Source of the DNA: a virus
Taxonomy: Duplodnaviria; Caudoviricetes
IMG/VR virus record: IMGVR_UViG_2758568729_000001
Span: 32,001-96,000 of that record
Reading direction: 5' to 3' (one strand)
Length of the DNA stretch: 64,000 nt
Part shown: piece after piece, positions 25,449-34,545 of the stretch
How the letters are laid out: each line of letters begins with the position of its first letter
How positions within the stretch are numbered: position 1 is the first letter of the stretch
The notes under the pieces: generated by a model
Databases searched by the model: none
The model's input: only the letters and a program-made list of their open reading frames with translations
Told to the model about the DNA's origin: nothing
Position numbers and translations under genes: made by a program

Positions 25449-26849
25449 TCAGGCGCCGAGGATCTGGTCCCGCCAACGCCACGCCAGGTCGATGCACCCC
25501 GCCCCGGCCGGTGCCACCCGGCCGCCGGCCAGCAGCTCCCGAATCGCCTGCTCGGTGAACGGCACCGTCTCGGCCATCACACCCTCATCGTTCCGGTCGA
25601 CGAAGTCAGCGCTCAACTCGTCGAACAGGTCCGGGTCGATCACGGCGACGGTCAGCACCTCACCGATCAGGGTCAACGCGTCCAACGCCACCCCGAGCGC
25701 GTACACCCGCAACCTGCCGTCGGCCCGCGCCGCGTCCAGTCCGGCGAACGGCTCCACGGTGTAGTCGACCGGGTCCCCGTCCCCGCCGGCCTCGGCCAGG
25801 CCCAACAGCTCCTCGCTGTACTCCCGCTGAATGTTCCGCCACAACGAGAAGTCAGCCGCGGCCCCGGCCGGTAGGACCGACGACGGCTGGAAAATCCCGC
25901 TGGGGATCACCTGCAACATGCCGCCGGCCGACGCCACCGAACGCGGATCCCGCCGGTGCAGCAAGAACGACGGCTCCGACCCGCCCCGGATCGTCAGCGT
26001 CGAGATCGCCGACACCAACGGCCGGCGGCCCAAGTCGAACGGGTCGCCAATCAACTTCCGGTACGGCAGGTCCCGCAACGCCGTCGGCCGCACCTGGCCG
26101 CCGTCGAGCGCCACGTAGGCCAGCTCGTGGGCGACGACCTCCGCGATGTCGACCGACGCGAAGTAGCTGCTGTCGGCGTACGCCATCTGCCCCGAACCGC
26201 CGGCCCAGCCGATGTCGGTCAGCCGCCAGCACATGCGGTTCTCAAACAACCTCGGCTGGGACAAGTCCCGGATCGCGTGCGTGTACCGGGGGTACCGGCG
26301 GACCAGGGTGTTCATCGGCCGCACCAGCGCCGACGCCTCCTCCGTCCCGTCCAGCACCGGCGGCATCGCGGCCGGGTCCGCGCGGAGCTCGACGTCCCGC
26401 AGGTCGACCGGGCCGTCCGGCAACCACCCGGGCCCGGCGATCAGGCCGGTGTCGCCGAGCGCAGTCGACCCGTACAAGCCGGCAGCGGCCAGGGCCAGGC
26501 GCCGCCGGTTGCCGTTGAGCGCGGCCCGGGTGGTCCGCCACTGCTGTTGGCTGTCGGCGACACGCGGATCCAACTCGTCGGTCATGAACTCCCAATCGTG
26601 AGGCTTCCGAGGTTTCGGCACGGTGGGGGAGGACAGGCCAAGCTGGTCGACCGTGGTCCCGAGGGCGGTCGCAAGGTGACCGCGGTTCCGGACCCCTGGC
26701 TGCACGACACCTGTTTCCCACCGTGACACCGACCGGCCCGTAACCGCGCTACTGCGGCCCGCAAGACGGTTGATCTCGTCCGCCAGGCCCTCCTGGGTAA
26801 GCCCCTTGCTTTCGCGCAGCTCGCTAAGTCGGTTCGGTGTCCCGTTCAT
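25449..26849 (-). CDS. XRE-family HTH fused to divergent NUDIX-like domain
   Basis: LSELRESKGLTQEGLA...VSRWETG; C-terminal LLHRR...VIPSGIFQP...NIQREYSEELLG. Confidence 0.75.
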   Translation of the reverse strand: MNGTPNRLSELRESKGLTQEGLADEINRLAGRSSAVTGRSVSRWETGVVQPGVRNRGHLATALGTTVDQLGLSSPTVPKPRKPHDWEFMTDELDPRVADSQQQWRTTRAALNGNRRRLALAAAGLYGSTALGDTGLIAGPGWLPDGPVDLRDVELRADPAAMPPVLDGTEEASALVRPMNTLVRRYPRYTHAIRDLSQPRLFENRMCWRLTDIGWAGGSGQMAYADSSYFASVDIAEVVAHELAYVALDGGQVRPTALRDLPYRKLIGDPFDLGRRPLVSAISTLTIRGGSEPSFLLHRRDPRSVASAGGMLQVIPSGIFQPSSVLPAGAAADFSLWRNIQREYSEELLGLAEAGGDGDPVDYTVEPFAGLDAARADGRLRVYALGVALDALTLIGEVLTVAVIDPDLFDELSADFVDRNDEGVMAETVPFTEQAIRELLAGGRVAPAGAGCIDLAWRWRDQILGA

Positions 26850-27029
26850 GTTCACCGCCTCGGTGCGCTCATCGGATCAGCAATCCGACACCAGCGTATG
26901 GGCAGCCATTCAGCAATGCGCATGGGCTGCTGACCGGCTGCGGTGCAAATGCCGTTCCCTGCGGCGCTCGACCGGATCACGGTGGACATCAGCAGGTGAT
27001 CAACGGCAGGGCGGGAGTGGAACGTGGTC

Positions 27030-27311
27030 CTACAAGCCATCGGGGTGGTCGGCGTCGCGCCACTTTCGCGACTCGGCCAGCACCGCGAGCACATCCTCGG
27101 GGTGGCACAGCCGGTCGCCGGATGGGTCGAGTCGGTATCGGATCAGGATCCGCTTCGCGCCGAATCGGGCGCCCTTGGTGAGCCAGCGGTCGACGCTGGA
27201 CCGCGATGCCGGTTTGCCGGGACGCCCGAACAGGATCATCAGGTCACCGATCTTGACCTCTTCGCCCTCGTTCAGCCGCCGCTCGACATCGGCCGCGTTC
27301 TCTTCGTCCAC
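27030..27311 (-). CDS. BldC/Xis-like (MerR-fold) small DNA-binding protein
   Basis: ASRSSVDRWL...RYRLDPSGDRLCHPEDVLAVL; RBS GAGGGGG; divergent from transfer operon. Confidence 0.6.
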   Translation of the reverse strand: MDEENAADVERRLNEGEEVKIGDLMILFGRPGKPASRSSVDRWLTKGARFGAKRILIRYRLDPSGDRLCHPEDVLAVLAESRKWRDADHPDGL

Positions 27312-27419
27312 GCTTCGCCCCCTCACCCGTGTTGGCGGTGATCTTAACCGCGACTTCGGGGCGAGGCGTACAGCCGGACGGCTCGACGCTGCGGGTGTCA
27401 CGGTGAATCAGTGTACCGC

Positions 27420-27464
27420 TCATCTCTGTCATGCCGAGTATCCCGGATAGCCCGATCATCCCGA
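27420..27464 (+). promoter_or_regulatory. Five tandem imperfect 9-bp repeats upstream of transfer operon
   Basis: TCATCTCTG/TCATGCCGA/GTATCCCGG/ATAGCCCGA/TCATCCCGA. Confidence 0.55.
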
Positions 27465-27529
27465 GTGTGGCACACTTCGACAAGGAAGACCCCCACGAAC
27501 CCAGACCCAAGCGATGAGGAGGAAGGCCC

Positions 27530-29260
27530 GTGATCCAGACCGCCACGGCCCAGTCGAGCCCCGGCATCCCCGGTTGGCTGACTCCCGTCGCCGACTTCGT
27601 TGCGACGTACGCATCCGCGTTCCTCTTCGGAGCCGGAGCGGTCGGGGCGGTGCTCGCCATCACCATGCTCGCCAAGTTCCTCCGCACCGGGCACGCCCAC
27701 AAAAAGCTCGGCAACCTCGCGGTCCTACTCGCCACCGGCTTCGCCATGGAAGGCATGTTCGAGGTCGCCCGACACCGACTCGACCTCACCTTGGCGCTCG
27801 CCGTCGTGTTCTGCGCGACCTTCGAGATCCTTGCCGCCTGGTTGGGGGCGCTCGCCCGCCACAAGCGCAAGCTCGACCCGCTCGCCGACATCGCCCGCTA
27901 CATGAGCGGGCTGTGGGCCGTAGCCATCGTCTCCGGAATCATCGCCTGCACCGCCGGCAACAACCTCACCGAAGTCCTGCTCCGCCTCGTGAGCCCCTGC
28001 GCCGCCGGCCTGGTCTGGTGGATCAACCTCATGGCCGACCGGCCGGCGACGACCACCACCCGGCCCCGGTCCACGTGGATTTACACCCCGCGAGAGATCT
28101 GCATCCGCCTTAAGCTCATCCGGCCCGGCGAGCAGGACATCAACGTGGCCGCCCGGGAGCATCGGGTCAACACCATGCTCCGGGTCGCCGCCGGCCTCGT
28201 CACCGCCGACCCGGTCCGCGGCCAGAAGCTCGCCGACAAGCTGAGCCGCCTCGCCACCGACGACGAAGACGTGGTGACCGAGGTCGCCGAGCGGTACCGG
28301 CGAGGCGCCACCGTCCAAGAACAGATCTTCGGCCGCATCCTGATCCAGCCACACACCCGGCTCACCGCGGCCGTCACCGTGCCGGCCGCATGGTGGGAGG
28401 GCATCCTGCCGCACCGACGGGTTCGCCGGCTCGCTGCCGTACTGGCCACCGAGCAAGCGAACGCAGCCGCAACCCTGGCCGCCGCTCACGCCGAGACCGA
28501 ACGGGTGAGTGGGTCTCTCGCCGAGATGACCGAGCTGTTCGAGACCGCCTCCACTGAGGCGCAGCGAGAGAGTGAGAAGGCCACTCAGGCTCTCAACGCC
28601 CAGCGCGCTGCCGAGAGGGACGCGTCCGAGAGTCGACGAGAGATTGAGAGGGTGCGGGCAGAGGTCACCGCTGCGATCGAACGCGAGAGGGCAGCCGTTG
28701 CCGCCCGGGTCGCCGCCGTACGAGCTGAGACCGACGAGACTGCCCGGCGGGTTCAGGAACTCGACCGGCAACTCATCGAGACGCGCGCTCTCACCTCTCA
28801 CGCCAAGCAGACCATCGCCGACCTGCGGGAACGCCTCGCCGACCAGGAAGCACTGCATCGCCGGGAGCTGGACGCCACCATCGGCCGAATGAGCGCCGAG
28901 AGGGCAGCCGCCGTCGCGACCGCCCGAGAGGAAGCTCTCGCCTCTCGCCGGGACCGCCCAGCACCCGCCCGCCGGGACAGCGGTGAGAGGACTCCCAAGA
29001 GCGGGGGCGACTCTCGCTCACCGGAGTGGACCGATCAGCAGTTGCAGGCGTTCAAACTCCGCGACAGCAACCCGGCTCTCACCGTGAAGGACATCGCCGA
29101 TCAGATCGGTGTGGGTGAGAGCACCGTCTTCCGGTGGTTCCAGCGCCGCAAGGAAGCGGCCAAGACTCTCGCTCCGGCGGTGCCGACACTCCCGCTCCCG
29201 GACCCCCGTCAGCCCGTGACCGCCGGCACGAACGGCACCCACGTCAACACCGAGAAGTGA
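27530..29260 (+). CDS. Spread (SpdB/DUF2637-like) membrane protein with coiled coil and C-terminal HTH
   Basis: 4-5 N-terminal TM helices, long coiled coil, LTVKDIADQIGVGESTVFRWF; upstream of traB. Confidence 0.65.
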   Translation: MIQTATAQSSPGIPGWLTPVADFVATYASAFLFGAGAVGAVLAITMLAKFLRTGHAHKKLGNLAVLLATGFAMEGMFEVARHRLDLTLALAVVFCATFEILAAWLGALARHKRKLDPLADIARYMSGLWAVAIVSGIIACTAGNNLTEVLLRLVSPCAAGLVWWINLMADRPATTTTRPRSTWIYTPREICIRLKLIRPGEQDINVAAREHRVNTMLRVAAGLVTADPVRGQKLADKLSRLATDDEDVVTEVAERYRRGATVQEQIFGRILIQPHTRLTAAVTVPAAWWEGILPHRRVRRLAAVLATEQANAAATLAAAHAETERVSGSLAEMTELFETASTEAQRESEKATQALNAQRAAERDASESRREIERVRAEVTAAIERERAAVAARVAAVRAETDETARRVQELDRQLIETRALTSHAKQTIADLRERLADQEALHRRELDATIGRMSAERAAAVATAREEALASRRDRPAPARRDSGERTPKSGGDSRSPEWTDQQLQAFKLRDSNPALTVKDIADQIGVGESTVFRWFQRRKEAAKTLAPAVPTLPLPDPRQPVTAGTNGTHVNTEK

Positions 29261-29271
29261 AGGAGACCTAC

Positions 29272-29508
29272 ATGGAGAACACACCCGTCACGGTTGACGC
29301 CGTCCGGTCCAAGCGCCGACAGGCGCCCCCGGCCCCAAGCCCGCTCCCTCTGTCGACCGGCCTGTTCAGCGTGAGTGGCGTCGTCGGGGTCCTTGGAGCG
29401 GTGTCCGTCTACGCAAATCGGCCCGAACAGGCCGCAATCGTCCTCTCGGTCATGGCGCTACTGCTGATCACAGCGGTCGCCGAGCGAATCAAGGAGCGGC
29501 GGCCGTGA
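29272..29508 (+). CDS. Small two-TM membrane protein (spread-like)
   Basis: RBS AAGGAG; hydrophobic helices. Confidence 0.6.
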   Translation: MENTPVTVDAVRSKRRQAPPAPSPLPLSTGLFSVSGVVGVLGAVSVYANRPEQAAIVLSVMALLLITAVAERIKERRP

Positions 29509-29630
29509 GACGCACCGAGATCGAACCGCACCAAAACCGACCGGCGGCACCCCTGATCTACGGGCTACTGGCGGCGATCCTCGTCGTTCTCCTGGCTGGA
29601 TTCCTCCTCGGCCTCTGGCGGTCACTCTAG
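29505..29630 (+). CDS. Single-TM peptide (41 aa)
   Basis: GTGA coupling; LIYGLLAAILVVLLAGFLLGLWRSL. Confidence 0.5.
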   Translation: MRRTEIEPHQNRPAAPLIYGLLAAILVVLLAGFLLGLWRSL

Positions 29631-29634
29631 GTGA

Positions 29635-29755
29635 TTGTCGGGTTGTCGGTCCGACAACCCGACAAGCCGATGTGGGTACTCCGTCTCCAGGTCAGACCCC
29701 AACCCTGGCGGGTCGACAACACAACCGACAGCCCGACAACCGACAACCCGACAAC
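29635..29755. repeat. CCGACAAC-type repeat cluster; candidate clt (TraB recognition) or operator locus
   Basis: 15-bp perfect inverted repeat at 29635-29665; direct copies at 29713, 29725, 29733, 29740, 29748. Confidence 0.6.
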
Positions 29756-29780
29756 ACGTAGCGTCACAGAAGGAGGGTCC

Positions 29781-31061
29781 ATGACTACCGAAGTCGCGAC
29801 CCCACCAGCGGTGGAGAAGCCAAGCCCTGCCAAGGCACCCAAGGCGCAACCCACCGCCGACAAGCCCACCACCGTCCTCACCGTGCCCGCGAAGCCGGCT
29901 GCGGTTACCGGCGCCAACGTGGTCGCAATCGGCGGCACCGCAGCCGCTGCCGCCGGCCCGGTTGGTTGGGCTGTCGCCGCCGTCGTAGCCGGTGGCGCGG
30001 TCGCCGGGTACACCGTCCGCCGGGCGGTGATCCGCCGCAACGCGAAGGCTGACGGCGGCGGGACCCCGGGTGTCGGTCCTCTGTTCAGTGGCCGGCCACC
30101 TGCCGGCGGGGGGCGTAACAAGGGCTCGCGTGCCGGGGGAGGGGCGTCGAACCGGGCCGGGTCTGGCGGTACGAGCGGTGGTCGGTCGGACCGGTCGGGT
30201 GGCTCCTCGCGCACCGCAGCGCAGAGGGCGAAGTCGGCGGGCCGCAGCCTCCTGGACCGGCTGGGCCGCAAACCCGGCGGAGACAAGTCACCGGGCGGTG
30301 GGGGCGGGCGCAACAAGCGCACCACTGGAGGGCCGGCAAGCAAGATGAGCCGGGCCGCCGGCCGGGCCGCAGCCAGCGCAGCACGAGGGCTGTGGAACGC
30401 GGTCAAAGCACAACGGACCGCAGCCGCGAAGAAGAAGCAAGACCGCGCTGCCGCCGGCAAGAAGACGAAGCCTCAGAAGGCGTGGGGGTGGGCGCGGAAG
30501 ATCACGCGCCGGGTCCTCGGAAAGAAGGACCAGCCCAAGCCGGCCGCTAAGACACCCACGACGAAACCCGAAGCCCCGCGCGTGACCGGCGACAAGGTCC
30601 GCCGCGGTCAGGCGCCCGACGCCACCAACCAGAACCCGAGCAAGCCGGCGACCAACCGGGCCGCCCGCACCACCGAAAGGAACCCTCTCATGGGTAACAA
30701 CAACGCACAGCAGAGCACCAGCCCATTCTGGGCGGCGGCCCGGCAGGTCCACGCCACCGCAGCCCAGCACAAGCCCCGTGGCATGCTCGCCCGCCGGCAG
30801 GAGGCATTCGAGATGCCCGCCGCGCTCGGTGAGATCGCCGCCGGTCTGCGGCTCCTCGCCCAGACCCACACCTCCCAGGAGCCCCTGGAGCCGGCGTACG
30901 CCGCTGCGGTCATGCAGGTCGCCGCCACGGTCGAGTCCGCCGCCCAGGCGTCCCGCCACCTCGCCCCCGCCTTCGACGCACTCCACTCCGTCCAGGTCCG
31001 CCGGCTGTTGCAGCCGAAGGTCGGCGAGGACATGTGGGACACCGTCAACAACAAGCCCTGA
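29781..31061 (+). CDS. Transfer-associated protein (TM + basic Gly-rich linker + C-terminal helical domain)
   Basis: RBS AAGGAGG; immediately upstream of traB. Confidence 0.65.
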   Translation: MTTEVATPPAVEKPSPAKAPKAQPTADKPTTVLTVPAKPAAVTGANVVAIGGTAAAAAGPVGWAVAAVVAGGAVAGYTVRRAVIRRNAKADGGGTPGVGPLFSGRPPAGGGRNKGSRAGGGASNRAGSGGTSGGRSDRSGGSSRTAAQRAKSAGRSLLDRLGRKPGGDKSPGGGGGRNKRTTGGPASKMSRAAGRAAASAARGLWNAVKAQRTAAAKKKQDRAAAGKKTKPQKAWGWARKITRRVLGKKDQPKPAAKTPTTKPEAPRVTGDKVRRGQAPDATNQNPSKPATNRAARTTERNPLMGNNNAQQSTSPFWAAARQVHATAAQHKPRGMLARRQEAFEMPAALGEIAAGLRLLAQTHTSQEPLEPAYAAAVMQVAATVESAAQASRHLAPAFDALHSVQVRRLLQPKVGEDMWDTVNNKP

Positions 31062-31074
31062 TCGGACGACGACG

Positions 31075-33357
31075 ATGACGACGAGCAAGCGACGCCAGAA
31101 CAAGAACTGGCAGCTCGACTGGGCTGGCCGGCACGGCACCGCCTGGGGCACCGTCAACGCCTGCCTCACGGTGGTGTCCGTGGCGGTCGTCGGCCGGTAC
31201 GTGCAGGGCTGGTGGCCGATCCGGGAAACCCCGATGCTGCTGTTCGCCGCTGCGCTGACCGTGCTCGCCGTCGTCGCCGTTCTCGGCCGGGCGGCGGTAC
31301 GGAAGACCGGCACACCGGGCGCGACCGTCTTCTACCAGGTGTGCTGCATGGTCGGCGCCGGCATCTGGGTCATGTTCATGTACGCGGCCGACCAGTGGAC
31401 ATGGCGGTCGGTGATCTCCGGTGTCGCCGCCCTCGCGTTCGCGGCCATCGTCGCCGGGGTGCTCGCCGGGCTCGCGTCCGACGACCCACCCCCGGCAGAC
31501 GACGAGAAGAAGGAGGAGGAGGTTCCAGCTCGGCCGACCGTCGGCCCCGACGGGAACCCGGACGAGACCCTGCCAAAACGCAACGCCCTCGCGATCGAGT
31601 GGGAAGAACGGCTCAACCGGCTGTGCGACGTGCCGAAGGGCAGCACCGTGCAGGTGCCAAACGTCGAACTGTGGCCCAAGGGCAACGGGTACACCGTGGA
31701 AGCGGTCATGCCGGCCGTTGGTGGGTTGTCGTGGAAGACGGTCAACCAAGCGGCCGACTCGCTCGCCAACGACCTCGACCTTGACGAAGGGTGCCGCCTG
31801 AACGTCGAGATGGGGCCGTCCCGTCGGGTCGCGCTCATCGAGGTGATGACCCAATCGACCTTAGGGGAGGACCAACCGTACGGGGACGACTACAGCCCTC
31901 TGTCGATCTACGACCCACTCCCCGGTGCCGTACGCGATGACGGCACGGAGATCGGCCCCGAACTGCGGTCGAAGTGCATGCTCCTCGTCGGCGAAACCGG
32001 GTCCGGTAAGACCAACGCCGGCAACGTCATCGGCGTAGGCGTGGCCCGCTGCCGCGACGCCCTGCTGTGGGACATCGATTTCACTGCCGGCCTGTACCTC
32101 AACCTCCTCGCCGCGTTCATGGCAGGCAAGGCCAAGCAGCCGGCAGTCGACTGGGCGGCGTGGGACGAACACGAAGCCCTGCTGATGACCCGCGCGGCGA
32201 TGCGCGGCCACCGGGCTCGGAAGTCCGGCTACCTGGAGCTGATGCGCGAGGTCGATGACGACAAGATCCCCGTGTCGGCGGAGGTGCCCGAGGTGGTCAT
32301 CCGGGCGGACGAGATCAAACGCATCACCGGTGCCCCCTCCGAGTACCCCGAACTCAAGCAGCACCTCAGCGACATCATTTTTGAGGGGCGTGCGGCGGCC
32401 TTCCGGGAAGTCCTCCTCGGGCTCCGGGCCACAGCGGACATCGTCGACACCGGCATCCAGGCCCAGTGCGGTGTGATCGCGGTGACCCGGGCCAAGTCCG
32501 ACGCCGAGTACGCGTGGGCGTTCGGGTGGCACTCCGGCGCCACCGTGGAAGGCGCACCCCACCCTGGGTGCGGCTTCATCTCATTGGAGTCCGGGGCGAA
32601 GCCAATCCCGGAGAAGTGGCGCAGGCTGCGCCCCAAGCAGTTGATGGAGGTAGGCATGGCCGTGGACGGTATTCAGCCACAGATGGACGAACTGACCCGG
32701 CTGGCACTCGACGGACGGAACCCGGACGGGACACCGATGCAGGGGCTCCTCCCCGGTGACCTGGACTGCTACTCGACTAGGTGGGAGAGGTTCCGGGACC
32801 GGTTCGGCGGTGACCACCCGTCGCAGCCGGGGCTGCCGACGCCGCCGGCCGACGATGTCGAGTCGAACGCCGCCCAGGGTGTGCGCAGCGAGGGCGACGA
32901 GCTGCCGACGCCGCCGGCCGGGCCGGTCGTGTCTCAGGCGCAGGCGCTTTCCGACCTCGCCGCCACGATGGCCACTCTTCAGGAGGCGGTCGCCAAGGCC
33001 AAGGCCGAGCACGGCGAGGATGCCAACCTGCCCCCGTATGACCCGCAACTGCACGCCGATTTCGATGCCATTCTCGAAGCCGAAGGGTTCGGCACTGATG
33101 TGGACTGGGGTGACCCGGACAACTGGGCAACGCTGGTGGAGAGCGCACCGCAGCCCGACGACGAGGACAAGCTGCTCAACCTGATCCGTGATGCCGGCCC
33201 GACCGGTGCCCGCCCTCGGGACCTGCTGAACCAGTTGAAGGAGCAGCACGGCATCGTCACCAGCCGGGACACACTCCACACCCGGTTGCGGGCTCTCCGC
33301 GACGCCGGCAAGGTCCACAACCGGGAACACGGCCGCTGGAAGCTTGAGACGAACTGA
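31075..33357 (+). CDS. traB: TraB-like FtsK/SpoIIIE conjugative dsDNA translocase
   Basis: N-terminal TM helices, Walker A GETGSGKT, Walker B VVIRADE, GRAAAFREVLLGLRAT, C-terminal winged helix. Confidence 0.8.
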   Translation: MTTSKRRQNKNWQLDWAGRHGTAWGTVNACLTVVSVAVVGRYVQGWWPIRETPMLLFAAALTVLAVVAVLGRAAVRKTGTPGATVFYQVCCMVGAGIWVMFMYAADQWTWRSVISGVAALAFAAIVAGVLAGLASDDPPPADDEKKEEEVPARPTVGPDGNPDETLPKRNALAIEWEERLNRLCDVPKGSTVQVPNVELWPKGNGYTVEAVMPAVGGLSWKTVNQAADSLANDLDLDEGCRLNVEMGPSRRVALIEVMTQSTLGEDQPYGDDYSPLSIYDPLPGAVRDDGTEIGPELRSKCMLLVGETGSGKTNAGNVIGVGVARCRDALLWDIDFTAGLYLNLLAAFMAGKAKQPAVDWAAWDEHEALLMTRAAMRGHRARKSGYLELMREVDDDKIPVSAEVPEVVIRADEIKRITGAPSEYPELKQHLSDIIFEGRAAAFREVLLGLRATADIVDTGIQAQCGVIAVTRAKSDAEYAWAFGWHSGATVEGAPHPGCGFISLESGAKPIPEKWRRLRPKQLMEVGMAVDGIQPQMDELTRLALDGRNPDGTPMQGLLPGDLDCYSTRWERFRDRFGGDHPSQPGLPTPPADDVESNAAQGVRSEGDELPTPPAGPVVSQAQALSDLAATMATLQEAVAKAKAEHGEDANLPPYDPQLHADFDAILEAEGFGTDVDWGDPDNWATLVESAPQPDDEDKLLNLIRDAGPTGARPRDLLNQLKEQHGIVTSRDTLHTRLRALRDAGKVHNREHGRWKLETN

Positions 33358-34100
33358 TGCTCGGGCGGACTCATGCGCTGAGCGGCGCGACCGGCTGGGT
33401 AGCCGGCTGCGCCGCAGCGACCGCCGTCGGGGCGGCGCCCTCGATGCAGGTGATGGTCGTCGGCGGGTTGGTGTCCGCCGGCATGGCGATCTTCCCCGAC
33501 ATCGACCACCCGCAGTCGACGATCGCCCGCACCCTCGGCCCGGTCACCGGCCTGGTGGCCCGGGGCATCGCCGCCGGGGCGTCCCGGCTCCGATCCGCGT
33601 CGTGTGACCACTGCGCCACCGGCCGGCGGAAGGGCGGGCACCGGCAGCTCACCCACACCGCTCTGTTTGCCCTCGCCCTCGGCGGGCTGGTCAGCCTCGC
33701 CGGCTGGCTGGCCGGGGCGCGCGTCGGCCTGGTCGTCGTGTGGGTTGCGGTTGGGCTCGCCGCCCGGGTGCTCCTGTCCCGCCGGCAGCGCGGCACCCTC
33801 GGCGCCGTGTTGATCGCCTCGGTGGTCACAGCCGCGGTTGCGGTCACTACCGAGATGCCGTGGTGGTGGCTCGGTGGGCCAGTCGCGTGGGGAACGTTCG
33901 CCCACTCCCTCGGCGACGCGGCCACGAAGTACGGGGCGCCACTGTGGTGGCCGGCCCGGATTCGCGGGTGCCGGTGGGCGCGTGTCGGCATGTGGGAACC
34001 GTTGAGATTCACCACTGGCGATACAGTGGAGCGTGTGGTGTGGTGGTTTCTGCTGTTCAGCTCGATCGGCGGCACCAGCTACGTCCTCACAGGAAGCTGA
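33357..34100 (+). CDS. YdjM-like membrane metal-dependent hydrolase
   Basis: GRTH, PDIDHP, HRQLTH, HSLGD..T..G.PLWWP. Confidence 0.85.
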   Translation: MLGRTHALSGATGWVAGCAAATAVGAAPSMQVMVVGGLVSAGMAIFPDIDHPQSTIARTLGPVTGLVARGIAAGASRLRSASCDHCATGRRKGGHRQLTHTALFALALGGLVSLAGWLAGARVGLVVVWVAVGLAARVLLSRRQRGTLGAVLIASVVTAAVAVTTEMPWWWLGGPVAWGTFAHSLGDAATKYGAPLWWPARIRGCRWARVGMWEPLRFTTGDTVERVVWWFLLFSSIGGTSYVLTGS

Positions 34101-34106
34101 TGCGGT

Positions 34107-34455
34107 GGCCGATGGTTGGCATTGGGAGACCCGTGACGCGCAGGGCACAGTCCGCGCTCACGGGTCCGAACCGATGTGGGGCACCCCCGAAGACCAAGCC
34201 CGCGCCATCGGCCTGTGGGTGATGAATCAGATGGCCCAACTCGTGTGGGCCGCCGCCCCCGACTACGACCAGTTGGCTGGTGTACAGATCCGAGCCTGGT
34301 CAACCAAGCACCGGATTGAGGCGGTCGCCACCGGTGATGAGTGGCTGGAAACCCTGCGACCGGCCGATCGAGTCACCCCAGATGGTGCACCTCGGAAACG
34401 CGAGAGGGGCCGGCGTCCAGACCGGCCCCTTCAATGCGCGCAGGTGTCAGGCTAG
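34107..34455 (+). CDS. Hypothetical protein (start uncertain)
   Basis: ADGWHWETRDAQGTVRAHG... follows hydrolase stop. Confidence 0.4.
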
Positions 34456-34545
34456 CAGCCGTCGACCACGAGCAGTACCGTCGACAACACCTAACGGGAC
34501 CGTCCAGGGTCCCGCCCATCACCCTCGTCCAGGAGGGCAGGATCA

